29,981 nucleotides of DNA from the IMG/VR virus record IMGVR_UViG_3300048895_000211, positions 1 to 29,981 of that record; one strand, 5' to 3'. A program made the position numbers and the translations under genes. Origin of the DNA: a virus. Its lineage: Duplodnaviria > Caudoviricetes. Below the pieces are notes generated by a model. That model did no database searches. It was not told the origin of the DNA and saw only the letters and a program-made list of their open reading frames with translations. Below are positions 1 through 7,427 of the stretch, in pieces. The number at the start of each line of letters is the position of its first letter. Position 1 is the stretch's first letter.

Positions 1-2
1 GC

Positions 3-413
3 AAGGTCCGGACCACCCGAGCCGGCGACCCGTTCATCAAGGTGCTGGACTTCGAGATCCTCGATCGAGGTTTCAAGGCAACCGTCTCGCTCTACGAGGA
101 TCCAGACCCTCGCCGCCACACCGGACTCAAGACGAAGGTGGCCGCCGGGGCGAACCCACTCGACGGCTTCCACGAGAAGGTCGAGACCGAGCCGGAGAAG
201 ATCGTCACCCCACCGTCTCGCTCTGAACGCGAAGACGCCGAAACCGCCCTGGAAATCGAGCACAAGGCCAGCGTCGACAATGCCGAGATCGCCAGGGCTG
301 CGCGCAAGCTCACCAACGAACGTCGCCGCGGCAGGCGAGGCACACAGGCCGAACGGGCATTGGAGCGGGCGCGCAAACGAGCCGAGCTTGTTTCCGCCGA
401 CGTGGCTGCCTAG
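3..413 (+). CDS. Hypothetical protein, probably 5'-truncated by the window edge
   Basis: Frame is open from position 3 (KVRTTRAGDPFIKVLDF...) to TAG at 411-413; charged helical C-terminus. Confidence 0.65.
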   Translation, partial: KVRTTRAGDPFIKVLDFEILDRGFKATVSLYEDPDPRRHTGLKTKVAAGANPLDGFHEKVETEPEKIVTPPSRSEREDAETALEIEHKASVDNAEIARAARKLTNERRRGRRGTQAERALERARKRAELVSADVAA

Positions 414-416
414 AAT
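388..416 (+). promoter_or_regulatory. Putative sigma-70-type promoter
   Basis: TTGTTT (388-393), 17 nt, TAGAAT (411-416), directly upstream of a long region with no credible ORF. Confidence 0.5.
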
Positions 417-525
417 GAAGCCAGCTCTCGTCAGACCAAGCACCGCCGACTGCCGAACCACCGCAGAGCGGCCGGGCCTCTGACTAGAACCAAGGGCTGG
501 CGTACCTTCGCTGCCCGTCAATTGC

Positions 526-810
526 TCGATGCCGTCGCTCTCCCTGGCCACTGGCATCGAATAGACCCCCTCGCTCCGCTTCACAGTAGAGCGAGATGCG
601 CGTCGGCCAACGCCGACGCTGCGATGCCCGGGCGGCGCCGCCACTGAGCGATCGCGGCTCGGGCGCCCCCGGTGGACGCATCGGGGCTCAACTTCAGGGC
701 CGAGCTGACCTCCGGTCACTCGGTCTCACACTGCGTGGCGAGCTTCGTTGCTACGACCCACGCAAACCCCGGCGGGGCGCGGCGAAGAAATGACCTGCCG
801 ACCCGCCGGG
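526..810 (+). ncRNA. Candidate structured leader or ncRNA: eight back-to-back hairpins
   Basis: Stems at 526-560, 570-595, 600-619, 626-664, 667-686, 698-725, 732-764 and 768-810, each with 7-9 bp arms and short linkers; no convincing CDS here. Confidence 0.5.
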
Positions 811-835
811 ATCCTTCGAAGCAAAGGAGTACCGC

Positions 836-949
836 ATGTCCCATCTCGCAGCCTTCGGCCTCGGGGCCGCCTTCGTCATCGCAGTAGAGGCCGGAGTCAT
901 CGGCATCTGGTACCTGATCACCAAGAGCGGCGAAGGACTCGGGGACTGA
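836..949 (+). CDS. 37-aa single-pass membrane protein (not in ORF track)
   Basis: AAGGAG RBS, then MSHLAAFGLGAAFVIAVEAGVIGIWYLITKSGEGLGD*. The stop abuts the GAGGAG RBS of the next gene. Confidence 0.7.
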   Translation: MSHLAAFGLGAAFVIAVEAGVIGIWYLITKSGEGLGD

Positions 950-958
950 GGAGTTGCC

Positions 959-1174
959 ATGCCCTCCGTCAAGACAGCCAAGCGCCACGAACGTCGGCCA
1001 GGGCCCTACGCGCCTGATCGCCGCTGCTCTTCCTGCGGCTGTTACCTCAGTCGGCTGAATCCCCTTGATCTCTGCGCTCCATGCCAAGGAGGAGACTGGC
1101 ACTCACCGGATGAGCTGAGTGCGAGGCGGGAGCTCAGCCTGGGCACGCGGGCGATTGAAGGGCTGGCGGCGTGA
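959..1174 (+). CDS. Small Zn-finger-like hypothetical protein
   Basis: GAGGAG RBS; CSSC...CAPC; GTGA overlap with the next gene. Confidence 0.7.
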   Translation: MPSVKTAKRHERRPGPYAPDRRCSSCGCYLSRLNPLDLCAPCQGGDWHSPDELSARRELSLGTRAIEGLAA

Positions 1175-1497
1175 GCGAAACGCTCCGCTACGGCAAGGAC
1201 GATCGCTTCAGCGTCGAGGTGCACGACGAGTCCGAATGTGAGGGCAACTGCCCGATCCACAATCCCTCCGATCACCCGCTCAAGGATCGACCACTTCACT
1301 GGCGAGCAGACCGAGGGCTGATGGAGCGCACCTGTCGCCACGGGATCGGCCACCCCGATCCGGACCACGTAGCTCGAACTGCCCGGCACGACGGCGAGGA
1401 TGCGGCCCAAGCAGAGAGCATCCATGGCTGTGACGGATGCTGTGCGATAGCCATAGGGAGCCTTGCTGGGCTGGTGGCGCTGAGGTGGTTGGGGTGA
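1171..1497 (+). CDS. Cys/His-rich phage hypothetical protein (putative metal-binding)
   Basis: CPIHNPSDH...ERTCRHGIGHPDPD...HGCDGCC; translationally coupled on both sides. Confidence 0.75.
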   Translation: MSETLRYGKDDRFSVEVHDESECEGNCPIHNPSDHPLKDRPLHWRADRGLMERTCRHGIGHPDPDHVARTARHDGEDAAQAESIHGCDGCCAIAIGSLAGLVALRWLG

Positions 1498-1655
1498 GGC
1501 CTCCTCGAGGCATACCGCCCCTGAGGCCGAGGCCGGTGGGAAGCAAGGCCGAGCGCCAAGCCCGGGTCCGCCGCGCCACCTCAAGCCTACCTGCCGATCT
1601 GTCCGCCATCGATATGGAGGCTTGGCGGCGCAGTGAACGAGGCGAGCGAGGGTGA
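1494..1655 (+). CDS. Basic 53-aa hypothetical protein
   Basis: GTGA overlaps at both ends fill the gap exactly (C-terminal part of track ORF 1437..1655). Confidence 0.55.
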   Translation: MRPPRGIPPLRPRPVGSKAERQARVRRATSSLPADLSAIDMEAWRRSERGERG

Positions 1656-2080
1656 CGCGCAGGCAGCTCGCAAAGCTTGTAGAGGCATGGCGCAAAGTGC
1701 TGACGCCCGAGTGGCGAATCACGCTCATGGACGAGCCGCCGCCCGATGAGGACATGGCGAACACTTGGGCCTGCTGCCAGACGAATGACGATTACCTCCA
1801 CATCAACGTCCACTTCACGGACGAGCTGCTCAAAGAGAACCATCGCAAGATCGAGATCACCGTTGTCCACGAGCTGCTTCACGCCATAACCCGCCCGTGG
1901 CGCCGCCTGGTCGATGCCGTAGAGGACGATCTGCCCGCTCGCGCTCACCGCGTCCTTACAAGCGAGCAAGAGCATCAGGAGGAGGCGTTCGTTGATCGTC
2001 TCTCATGCGTCATCGTCGCCCAAACTCACGGATCCGAAGCGTTCGGGACGATCGAGCGATCCAAGGACGACGAGGACTGA
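1652..2080 (+). CDS. Zincin-like (HExxH) metallopeptidase-domain protein
   Basis: VVHELLHA motif with a downstream EEAFVD as possible third ligand. Confidence 0.75.
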   Translation: MTRRQLAKLVEAWRKVLTPEWRITLMDEPPPDEDMANTWACCQTNDDYLHINVHFTDELLKENHRKIEITVVHELLHAITRPWRRLVDAVEDDLPARAHRVLTSEQEHQEEAFVDRLSCVIVAQTHGSEAFGTIERSKDDED

Positions 2081-2103
2081 GCGATGGCGCGAGGCCGGCG
2101 CTC
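2079..2103 (+). promoter_or_regulatory. C-GCGAG-G pentaloop hairpin covering the HNH-1 start codon
   Basis: GAGCGATGGC-GCGAG-GCCGGCGCTC; 9 of 10 pairs form, and ATG 2084 lies in the 5' arm. Confidence 0.55.
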
Positions 2104-2407
2104 GATCGGCGTCTGTGCAGAACCAGGCTGCCCAGAGGACGCCACAGACAACGGCAGGTGCGCGAAGCACCGCAAGCTCGTAGTCGGGACCGGCAGCCGA
2201 GGCTCCACTCGCCAGTGGCGCAAGACTCGAGAGCGAATCCTCGAGCGAGACGGCCACCAGTGCACCGAGCGATTGGACAACGGCGAACGCTGCCCGGTCA
2301 AAACGAATCTTCACGTCGACCACATCGAGCGCGTCACGGATGGCGGCTCAGACGAGGACGACAACCTACGGACGCTCTGTGCTTTTCACAACCTGAAGAA
2401 GGGCTGA
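2084..2407 (+). CDS. HNH endonuclease 1 (packaging-associated type)
   Basis: N-terminal CAEPGC..RCAKH, RQWRKTR..ILERD, and HVDHI...GGSD...NLRTLCAFHN. Confidence 0.92.
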   Translation: MARGRRSIGVCAEPGCPEDATDNGRCAKHRKLVVGTGSRGSTRQWRKTRERILERDGHQCTERLDNGERCPVKTNLHVDHIERVTDGGSDEDDNLRTLCAFHNLKKG

Positions 2408-2438
2408 GCAGCCGTCTTGGCCGGTAGAGTGTCGCTCC

Positions 2439-2621
2439 ATGGCGAACGCAGAATCGGGCGGAGTGATCGAGATCCAGGGCGAGGCCAGCAACACTTCGGC
2501 AGCCGCGGTGACATTGCTTCGCATTCCCGCTCTTGAGCTAGGCGACTACGTTCTGACACCGTTGCTTGGGTCTATTTCCCCGGATGGGTTGATGGACTTC
2601 GAGATCAAGCCGAAGGGCTGA
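2439..2621 (+). CDS. Hypothetical protein
   Basis: ATG 8 nt after TAGAGT (possible -10, near-leaderless); fills the gap. Confidence 0.5.
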   Translation: MANAESGGVIEIQGEASNTSAAAVTLLRIPALELGDYVLTPLLGSISPDGLMDFEIKPKG

Positions 2622-2646
2622 AAGGACGGCCGTTTCGGCGGGTAGA

Positions 2647-3093
2647 ATGCTGGTCGTGGCCGCTCCTACCGTCGATGAGATTCAAGAGGCCATCAACGTT
2701 GTCGCACGAGAGTGGACATGGCAGCCAATGTCCGACGCGATGCTTGCTCAGGTCGAGGGCGAGGTTCGTCACTGGCTCTTCGCCGAGCACGGCGACGTAG
2801 ATGTCAAAGCGCGCCGGGGCTACATCTGCAACCACCAAGGCCCGGAGGGCGACTGCGAGTGGACGCTATACGAGCCAGATGAGCGTTGCCCGTTCCACGG
2901 GTCAACCACGCGAGGCACAAAGATCAACTTGCAATGCACGACACGCATATCCCATGAATGTAGAAACGCAATCCCAGGCACGTTCTCCAGCACGAATCCG
3001 CAGACGAGAAGCGCTGGCAGGGCGGTCCCCCTGTCAGCGCATAGATCGGGGATCGAGGCCCAAGGCACCGATTGGTGGATCGAAGTCCACTAG
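2647..3093 (+). CDS. Hypothetical protein with Cys/His cluster
   Basis: CNH...C...CPFHG; the C-terminal third looks less protein-like. Confidence 0.5.
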   Translation: MLVVAAPTVDEIQEAINVVAREWTWQPMSDAMLAQVEGEVRHWLFAEHGDVDVKARRGYICNHQGPEGDCEWTLYEPDERCPFHGSTTRGTKINLQCTTRISHECRNAIPGTFSSTNPQTRSAGRAVPLSAHRSGIEAQGTDWWIEVH

Positions 3094-3275
3094 TGGAACT
3101 TCGTCCTGCTTTCCGTCCGGTGCGACCGGGAGGGTTCCTGTCGCGATGTTGCAAACGCAGCAACGCGGAGTTGGCCGAGGGAGACCGGCCATGCCCAAAA
3201 GTAGACAAGAGATTTCGAGTCGTGCCAAACTCGTTGAGTCCCTGGCATTTGCTGACGACCATGCAAGAGACTTCT

Positions 3276-3341
3276 AGAAAAGAAGACCGGGCCGCCGCAG
3301 CCTCGCTTGCTAGGCGGGTTCCAATGGCTGCGACGACCCGG
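3276..3341 (-). terminator. Long hairpin plus U-rich tract on the minus strand
   Basis: 16-bp arms at 3287-3302 and 3326-3341; the two mismatches become G-U pairs on the minus strand, followed by TCTTCTTTTC. Confidence 0.65.
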
Positions 3342-3369
3342 GGTCCGGCCGAGCGGCCGAAGGATCATG

Positions 3370-3401
3370 CCCGCGCTCCCAGACAGAACTGGGAGCGCGG
3401 G
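3370..3401. terminator. Perfect 13-bp inverted repeat just downstream of the minus-strand ORF
   Basis: CCCGCGCTCCCAG-acagaa-CTGGGAGCGCGGG, 6 nt past the stop at 3408. Confidence 0.6.
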
Positions 3402-3407
3402 AGGGTC

Positions 3408-3611
3408 CTATTTCGTTTCCGCGGTGGTTTCGATTTCGCCGACTCGGATGTAGCCAGCGGGGCTGTAGCCAGCGACCGCCAGTTCCGGCAGTCGCTCTCC
3501 CTCTTCGCACCTGACCGCCACGTCAAGGACGACTCCGGAGCGATCGACCAAAACGTAGGTGTCTTCTGCCGGAGCTTCTTGATGAGCCCGGTATTCAGGC
3601 GTCGCGATCAT
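3408..3611 (-). CDS. 67-aa hypothetical protein
   Basis: AAAGGAG RBS before ATG 3611 (MIATPEYRAH...); TAGCCT -10-like box upstream; hairpins downstream. Confidence 0.7.
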   Translation of the reverse strand: MIATPEYRAHQEAPAEDTYVLVDRSGVVLDVAVRCEEGERLPELAVAGYSPAGYIRVGEIETTAETK

Positions 3612-3817
3612 GCGACTCCTTTCGCATCGCGCCCCAGCGCTGCCGCTGTCACGGCTCGCTGAGGCTAGTTGTTCTGAACAGTGGGAGATTGCCGTCCACA
3701 CCGGACGCGATCTCCCACCCTTCAATTCCGCAAAAGCCGCGAGTTGTGCCGCTCGAAGTTGCCTGAGCGCCTATAGGGTACCCCCGGATTCCTTTAACGA
3801 GACGGGGGAGGATAGGA

Positions 3818-4753
3818 GTGCCGCAGCCGAGACGAGGCTCGAAACGGAACGAACTCGAGCGAAAGATCCATTTCTACAGGGCCGACTGCGGCCAGGACAA
3901 AGCCGGGAAGCCCTACGCCTACAAACACGGCCCGGCTCTCGGTCACATCAACGAACTGTCGTTCACCGATTTCAAAGCGAGCGGTGGCCGCTATTTCGAA
4001 GATGTCGACAACGTCTACTGCTGTTGGGTCGAAAAAGACCCGAATAAGATCCGCTTCGCCGTCATCAGGCGCGACGCTTTTCCGCAGATCGAGGAAATGG
4101 GGAACGTCAGTCCTTTGACTGTTCCCGCAAACGCCGGCTTGGTCGAGATCATCCACGTCCGTTTCTTCCCGAAGAACATCGTCGGCTTCGACGCCAACTT
4201 CTACGGCCCGCGCCTGCCCCGCCTTGGCCGCTACATCAATCAGGTAGCTGCGGGCGTAGGCCAGCAGGTCAACTTCAATCCGCTAATGCGACAGGACGCG
4301 CTGAACGAATTGACCGGCAAGGATCTGCGCGTGTTCTCGATGCGGATCAAGCGATCCGAGATCGACACCGTCAAGCAGATCAGCGAATCCCTCGGAGCCG
4401 CCTTCGAAGCGACCGACAAGATCGGCCAGGCGGATGAGGTTCAGATCATCCTGCGCCCTAAGCCGTATTCGCGCGATTCCCTTGGCAAGAAACTGATGGA
4501 CGCGACCAAGAAGCTGGCGAAGCGCAAAGACATCGGTCAGTTGGCCAGCGAGTTCAAGGTTGACGTGATCGAGCCGGGCAAGGCTTCCCAGACCATCGAC
4601 CTTCTGGGCGACGCCTTCATCGCCGAGACGCGAATTCTGCGGCAATCCGCCAAAGGGCGCGCCTTGGAACCAAATGACGCATTTGCCAAGATCGAAGGAG
4701 CCTATGAAGACCGCAGACAGGAGCTTGAGAAAGCAGCCGCCCTGGATCTCTAA
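3818..4753 (+). CDS. 311-aa soluble protein, RexA/DUF6731/DUF4747-like; putative phage-defence sensor
   Basis: GGAGGA RBS; RKIHFY...IRRDAFPQIE...GLVEIIHVRFF...NFYGPRLPRLGRYI pattern recalled from DUF6731-like proteins; abuts a 4-TM gene. The ORF is clear, the family is inferred. Confidence 0.65.
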   Translation: MPQPRRGSKRNELERKIHFYRADCGQDKAGKPYAYKHGPALGHINELSFTDFKASGGRYFEDVDNVYCCWVEKDPNKIRFAVIRRDAFPQIEEMGNVSPLTVPANAGLVEIIHVRFFPKNIVGFDANFYGPRLPRLGRYINQVAAGVGQQVNFNPLMRQDALNELTGKDLRVFSMRIKRSEIDTVKQISESLGAAFEATDKIGQADEVQIILRPKPYSRDSLGKKLMDATKKLAKRKDIGQLASEFKVDVIEPGKASQTIDLLGDAFIAETRILRQSAKGRALEPNDAFAKIEGAYEDRRQELEKAAALDL

Positions 4754-5263
4754 GTGAGCCCACGCAAGGCGTGGGCCGCCAATTTCTTGTGGTGCGAGTT
4801 TGCGCTCGGCGTCGTGGTTGTGGTCGCTCTGATCGTCTGGTCCGAACTTCTTGGTGGCTCATCTCGTCTGGATGACTTTCTTGATGAGCACAGCGAAACG
4901 CTCTACATCGTTCTCGCGCCCATTACCGCTGCGATGCTGGGCTTCATCCTGGCGGCGGCGGCCATTGTCGTCACGTCGGCTCCGGCCGACCGCATGACGA
5001 TCTTGCGTGAAAGCCCGCACTACCCTCAGCTCTGGGCGACGTTCCGGTCGGCCCTCCGTTTCCTCGGATTCGCGACGCTCGCGGCGCTTGTTGGCCTCGT
5101 CGTTTCAGGGGAGATCGCGAGCCGGATCATCTTCTATGTGGCGGCAGGATTGGCTGGACTTGCCGCCCTTCGCACGGCCCGCTGCATCTGGGCAATGAAC
5201 TGGATGATCCACATCTTCACCGGTCCCTCCCCCGAGAAAAAGATCGAAGAAGATCTCGTGTAA
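4754..5263 (+). CDS. 169-aa four-TM membrane protein, RexB-like putative effector
   Basis: Four hydrophobic segments including AMLGFILAAAAIVV; the start directly follows the upstream stop. Confidence 0.7.
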   Translation: MSPRKAWAANFLWCEFALGVVVVVALIVWSELLGGSSRLDDFLDEHSETLYIVLAPITAAMLGFILAAAAIVVTSAPADRMTILRESPHYPQLWATFRSALRFLGFATLAALVGLVVSGEIASRIIFYVAAGLAGLAALRTARCIWAMNWMIHIFTGPSPEKKIEEDLV

Positions 5264-5269
5264 AGCCGC

Positions 5270-5304
5270 TTGACAAATGTCGGAATGTCAAGTAACTTGA
5301 CACC
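5270..5304 (+). promoter_or_regulatory. Near-consensus leaderless promoter of the transposase with overlapping palindromic operator
   Basis: TTGACA (5270-5275), 17 nt, TAACTT (5293-5298), 6 nt, ATG. TGTCAAGT-A-ACTTGACA at 5286-5302; a third CTTGACA half-site at 5269-5275. Confidence 0.8.
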
Positions 5305-6246
5305 ATGCCACCGGCCAACCGCCACGAACCGCGTCGGGCCAAGTCCTCTCACTCGGACTACTCGGTCACTGAGTTCCTACGGGACTTCCCCGACGATACC
5401 GCTTGCCTGGAGCATCTCTGGCGGTCGCGCCACTCGCCGGATGGCGAACACGCCCACTGTCCGCGCTGCGAGGCTGAGAAGGTCTTCAAGCGCTACGAGA
5501 CCAAGCAGCAGCGCCAGTCTTGGACCTGCACGGCTTGCGGCCTGCACGTCCATCCCACGGCCGGGACGATCTTCCATCGCTCATCGACCTCGCTGCGGCT
5601 CTGGTTCCATGCCATGTACCTGATGACGAGCACTCGGTGCGGCATATCTGCCAAGCAGCTAGAGCGGGAGCTTGGGGTGCACTACAAGACCGCCTGGCGC
5701 ATGTTCAACAAGATTCGCAACGAGCTGATGAAGGACGACGCGAAGCCGCTCAAGGGCAACGTCGAGGTTGACGAGACGGGAGTTCACGGTCGTCCGCGAG
5801 GCCCGAGGATGAATCTCAAAGAAGCAGCCCAGTGGCGTCAGCGCCAGATCTCGGTGCTGGGCATGGTCGAGCGCGGTGGGCGGGTCAAGCTGCGCGTCAT
5901 CACGTCGCGTCGCGGTGAGCCGCTTAGTGGAGCCGTGAGGGCCAACATCAACCCGGACTCGATCATCTTCACCGACGACTGGCGCCCCTATCGGCCAGTC
6001 GGCCGCGAATTCGCTGGCCACCGGATCATCAATCACTCGGCGGGCGTCTACGTCTTGGGCGACACCCATACGAACACAATCGAGGGCTTCTTCGGCAACC
6101 TCAAGACCGGGATGCGCGGCGCCTACAAGAAGGTCTCCCGCAAGTGGCTCCAGTCCTACCTGGACGAGTACGCCTGGCGCTACAACCACCGCACGTACGG
6201 GCACCGCTCGATGTTTCACTCGCTGCTCGACGAGGCGGCGCGATGA
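5305..6246 (+). CDS. IS1595-family (ISXO2-like) DDE transposase
   Basis: Zn ribbon CPRC...CTAC, AGTIFH, GISAKQLERELGVHYKTAW HTH, VEVDET, IFTDDW, HTNTIEGFF, YLDEYAWRYN. Confidence 0.96.
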   Translation: MPPANRHEPRRAKSSHSDYSVTEFLRDFPDDTACLEHLWRSRHSPDGEHAHCPRCEAEKVFKRYETKQQRQSWTCTACGLHVHPTAGTIFHRSSTSLRLWFHAMYLMTSTRCGISAKQLERELGVHYKTAWRMFNKIRNELMKDDAKPLKGNVEVDETGVHGRPRGPRMNLKEAAQWRQRQISVLGMVERGGRVKLRVITSRRGEPLSGAVRANINPDSIIFTDDWRPYRPVGREFAGHRIINHSAGVYVLGDTHTNTIEGFFGNLKTGMRGAYKKVSRKWLQSYLDEYAWRYNHRTYGHRSMFHSLLDEAAR

Positions 6247-6446
6247 GCGAGGCGACCATCCTGCGGAGCATCAGGGGCGCGGCCAAACGCCGCGCCAGCG
6301 CTGACGCTGCCAAACGACAGGCGACCGAAGACCTACGGGGCTTCTGCCAACAAGCTCAGAAGGCGGGCGTCCCGATCACGAAGATCGCTTCTGAGGCCGG
6401 CCTTTCCCGCCAGGGCGTTTACGACCTGCTGGCGGAGCGACCTTAG
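6243..6446 (+). CDS. 67-aa HTH protein
   Basis: ATGA overlap with the transposase stop; GVPITKIASEAGLSRQGVYDLL. Confidence 0.8.
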   Translation: MSEATILRSIRGAAKRRASADAAKRQATEDLRGFCQQAQKAGVPITKIASEAGLSRQGVYDLLAERP

Positions 6447-6531
6447 CCAGGTTCGCGTCGAACTCGCCTTTGCTCGGGACTGGAATCTCCAGCCCCTTCT
6501 CGGTCTTCTGCTTGCGCCGTTTGTCGGCCAT
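6376..6531 (-). CDS. 51-aa basic protein convergent on the transposase operon (not in ORF track)
   Basis: TAGCCT, 6 nt, ATG (leaderless layout); MADKRRKQKTEKGLEIPVPSKGEFDANLAKVAPPAGRKRPGGKGRPQKRSS*. Confidence 0.65.
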   Translation of the reverse strand: MADKRRKQKTEKGLEIPVPSKGEFDANLAKVAPPAGRKRPGGKGRPQKRSS

Positions 6532-6540
6532 ATCCCAAGG

Positions 6541-6798
6541 CTAGCCGCTAGTGAAGCTGCCTCGCTGAATCTCAGCCGGGGTCCACTCGATCCCCTCGAA
6601 GAACTCTCCGGGATATGCACCCAAAGTCCCGGCCAGCTTGACGATGGTGTCCGCCTTCGGGCAGCGCATCCCGCGCTCGATCTGACTGATCTCGGTGCGA
6701 TGCAGGTTGGCGCGCATCCCGGCTTCCTCTTGGCTCAGACCGGCCCGCTCACGCAGGCGGGCCGCGTTCCTGCCGAACTGCTCCGCGACCGGGTTCAC
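6541..6798 (-). CDS. XRE-family HTH regulator (85 aa)
   Basis: FGRNAARLRERAGLSQEEAGMRANLHRTEISQIERG; GTG start overlaps the upstream TGA. Confidence 0.9.
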   Translation of the reverse strand: MNPVAEQFGRNAARLRERAGLSQEEAGMRANLHRTEISQIERGMRCPKADTIVKLAGTLGAYPGEFFEGIEWTPAEIQRGSFTSG

Positions 6799-7052
6799 GA
6801 CAACTCCAGCCAGTCGAAATGACGGGCGGCGAGAGTCGGCAGCACAAAATCGCCCTCGCACCACAGAAGACCGACGATGCTCAGGTTGCGGATCGCCCGT
6901 TCCCGCTCGTCGCCTCCGCCGACCGTGTCCTTGAGGTCGGCTTTCGTCAACTGCGCCGGGAATTCATGGAGGACGATGCCGAGCACGGCGCGTTGCGTCG
7001 GCTTGTCCTCGCGCTCTGGTTCAGCAGAGCGCTGGCTAGGGTTGGCCTGCAT
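6795..7052 (-). CDS. Small winged-helix-like protein
   Basis: AVLGIVL...LTKADL...ERAIRNLSIVGLL...FVLPT; coupled to the XRE gene. Confidence 0.75.
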   Translation of the reverse strand: MQANPSQRSAEPEREDKPTQRAVLGIVLHEFPAQLTKADLKDTVGGGDERERAIRNLSIVGLLWCEGDFVLPTLAARHFDWLELS

Positions 7053-7077
7053 CGGAAGGTTCCGCCTTTCGGTGCCA

Positions 7078-7108
7078 GGCCGGGGGCTGTTTGCGCAGCG
7101 CCCCGGCC
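7078..7108 (-). promoter_or_regulatory. 5'-leader hairpin of the wHTH-XRE operon
   Basis: GGCCGGGG-c-GCTG-cgcaaa-CAGC-CCCCGGCC on the minus strand, just upstream of GAAAGG and ATG 7052. Confidence 0.55.
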
Positions 7109-7223
7109 GCTTTGTCTGGATTGAGGCGGAAAAGCTAGGCCGGAGAGCGGCTGGAAATCGCTTCTACAGAGAAGGGACAAGCGTGATGCACGATGCCTGT
7201 CGCTCAGGTTGAAGTGGTGAAGC

Positions 7224-7427
7224 ATGGACGCTGAGGCCAAAGCGCGCTGGGCAAAGGAAGTCGGGCGCGCATACTTCTACGGCAACGAGGACCGGAAGCG
7301 CCAACTCTGCTCTAGCTACGAGGGCACGGTCGATCTGACGGGCAAGGAGCGGAAAGTCGAAATCAAGGCCACGCCCCACCCGTTCGTGCAGGCCGAGTCG
7401 GTGCAGCTCGAAGTCGTCAAGGTATGA
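7224..7427 (+). CDS. Hypothetical protein
   Basis: First of three ORFs linked by ATGA overlaps. Confidence 0.65.
   Translation: MDAEAKARWAKEVGRAYFYGNEDRKRQLCSSYEGTVDLTGKERKVEIKATPHPFVQAESVQLEVVKV

Larger units (their letters stand above)
5264..6543 (+). mobile_element. IS1595-family element with passenger genes; ends not resolved
   Basis: Transposase plus two small genes between inward-facing promoters; no convincing TIR or TSD seen. Confidence 0.6.

Noticed and set aside
526-810. CRISPR array or tRNA cluster
   Set aside because: The hairpins share no repeated sequence, no cloverleaf or T-loop consensus was seen, and no cas genes are in the window.
3623-3634. Minus-strand GGGGCGCGATGC identical to part of the hairpin element at 8975-8986
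   Set aside because: Only 2 bp of stem can form around the GCGAT, so it was not counted as a motif copy.
3072-3662. 196-aa + strand ORF
   Set aside because: It runs through two strong hairpins and is antisense to the better-supported 3408..3611 gene; low-complexity Arg/Ala/Pro composition. A short real 5' portion cannot be excluded.
3818-5263. Naming the pair Kiwa (kwaAB) or rexAB outright
   Set aside because: The architecture fits, but gene order is opposite to canonical Kiwa and I cannot verify homology without a search, so no gene symbols were assigned.
5256-7192. Possible IS terminal inverted repeats: TCGTGTAAAGCCGCTTGAC near 5256-5274 versus GACAAGCGTGATGCACGA near 7175-7192
   Set aside because: Only about 13 of 19 positions match, with a gap; the left copy overlaps the upstream stop codon, and no flanking direct repeat was seen.
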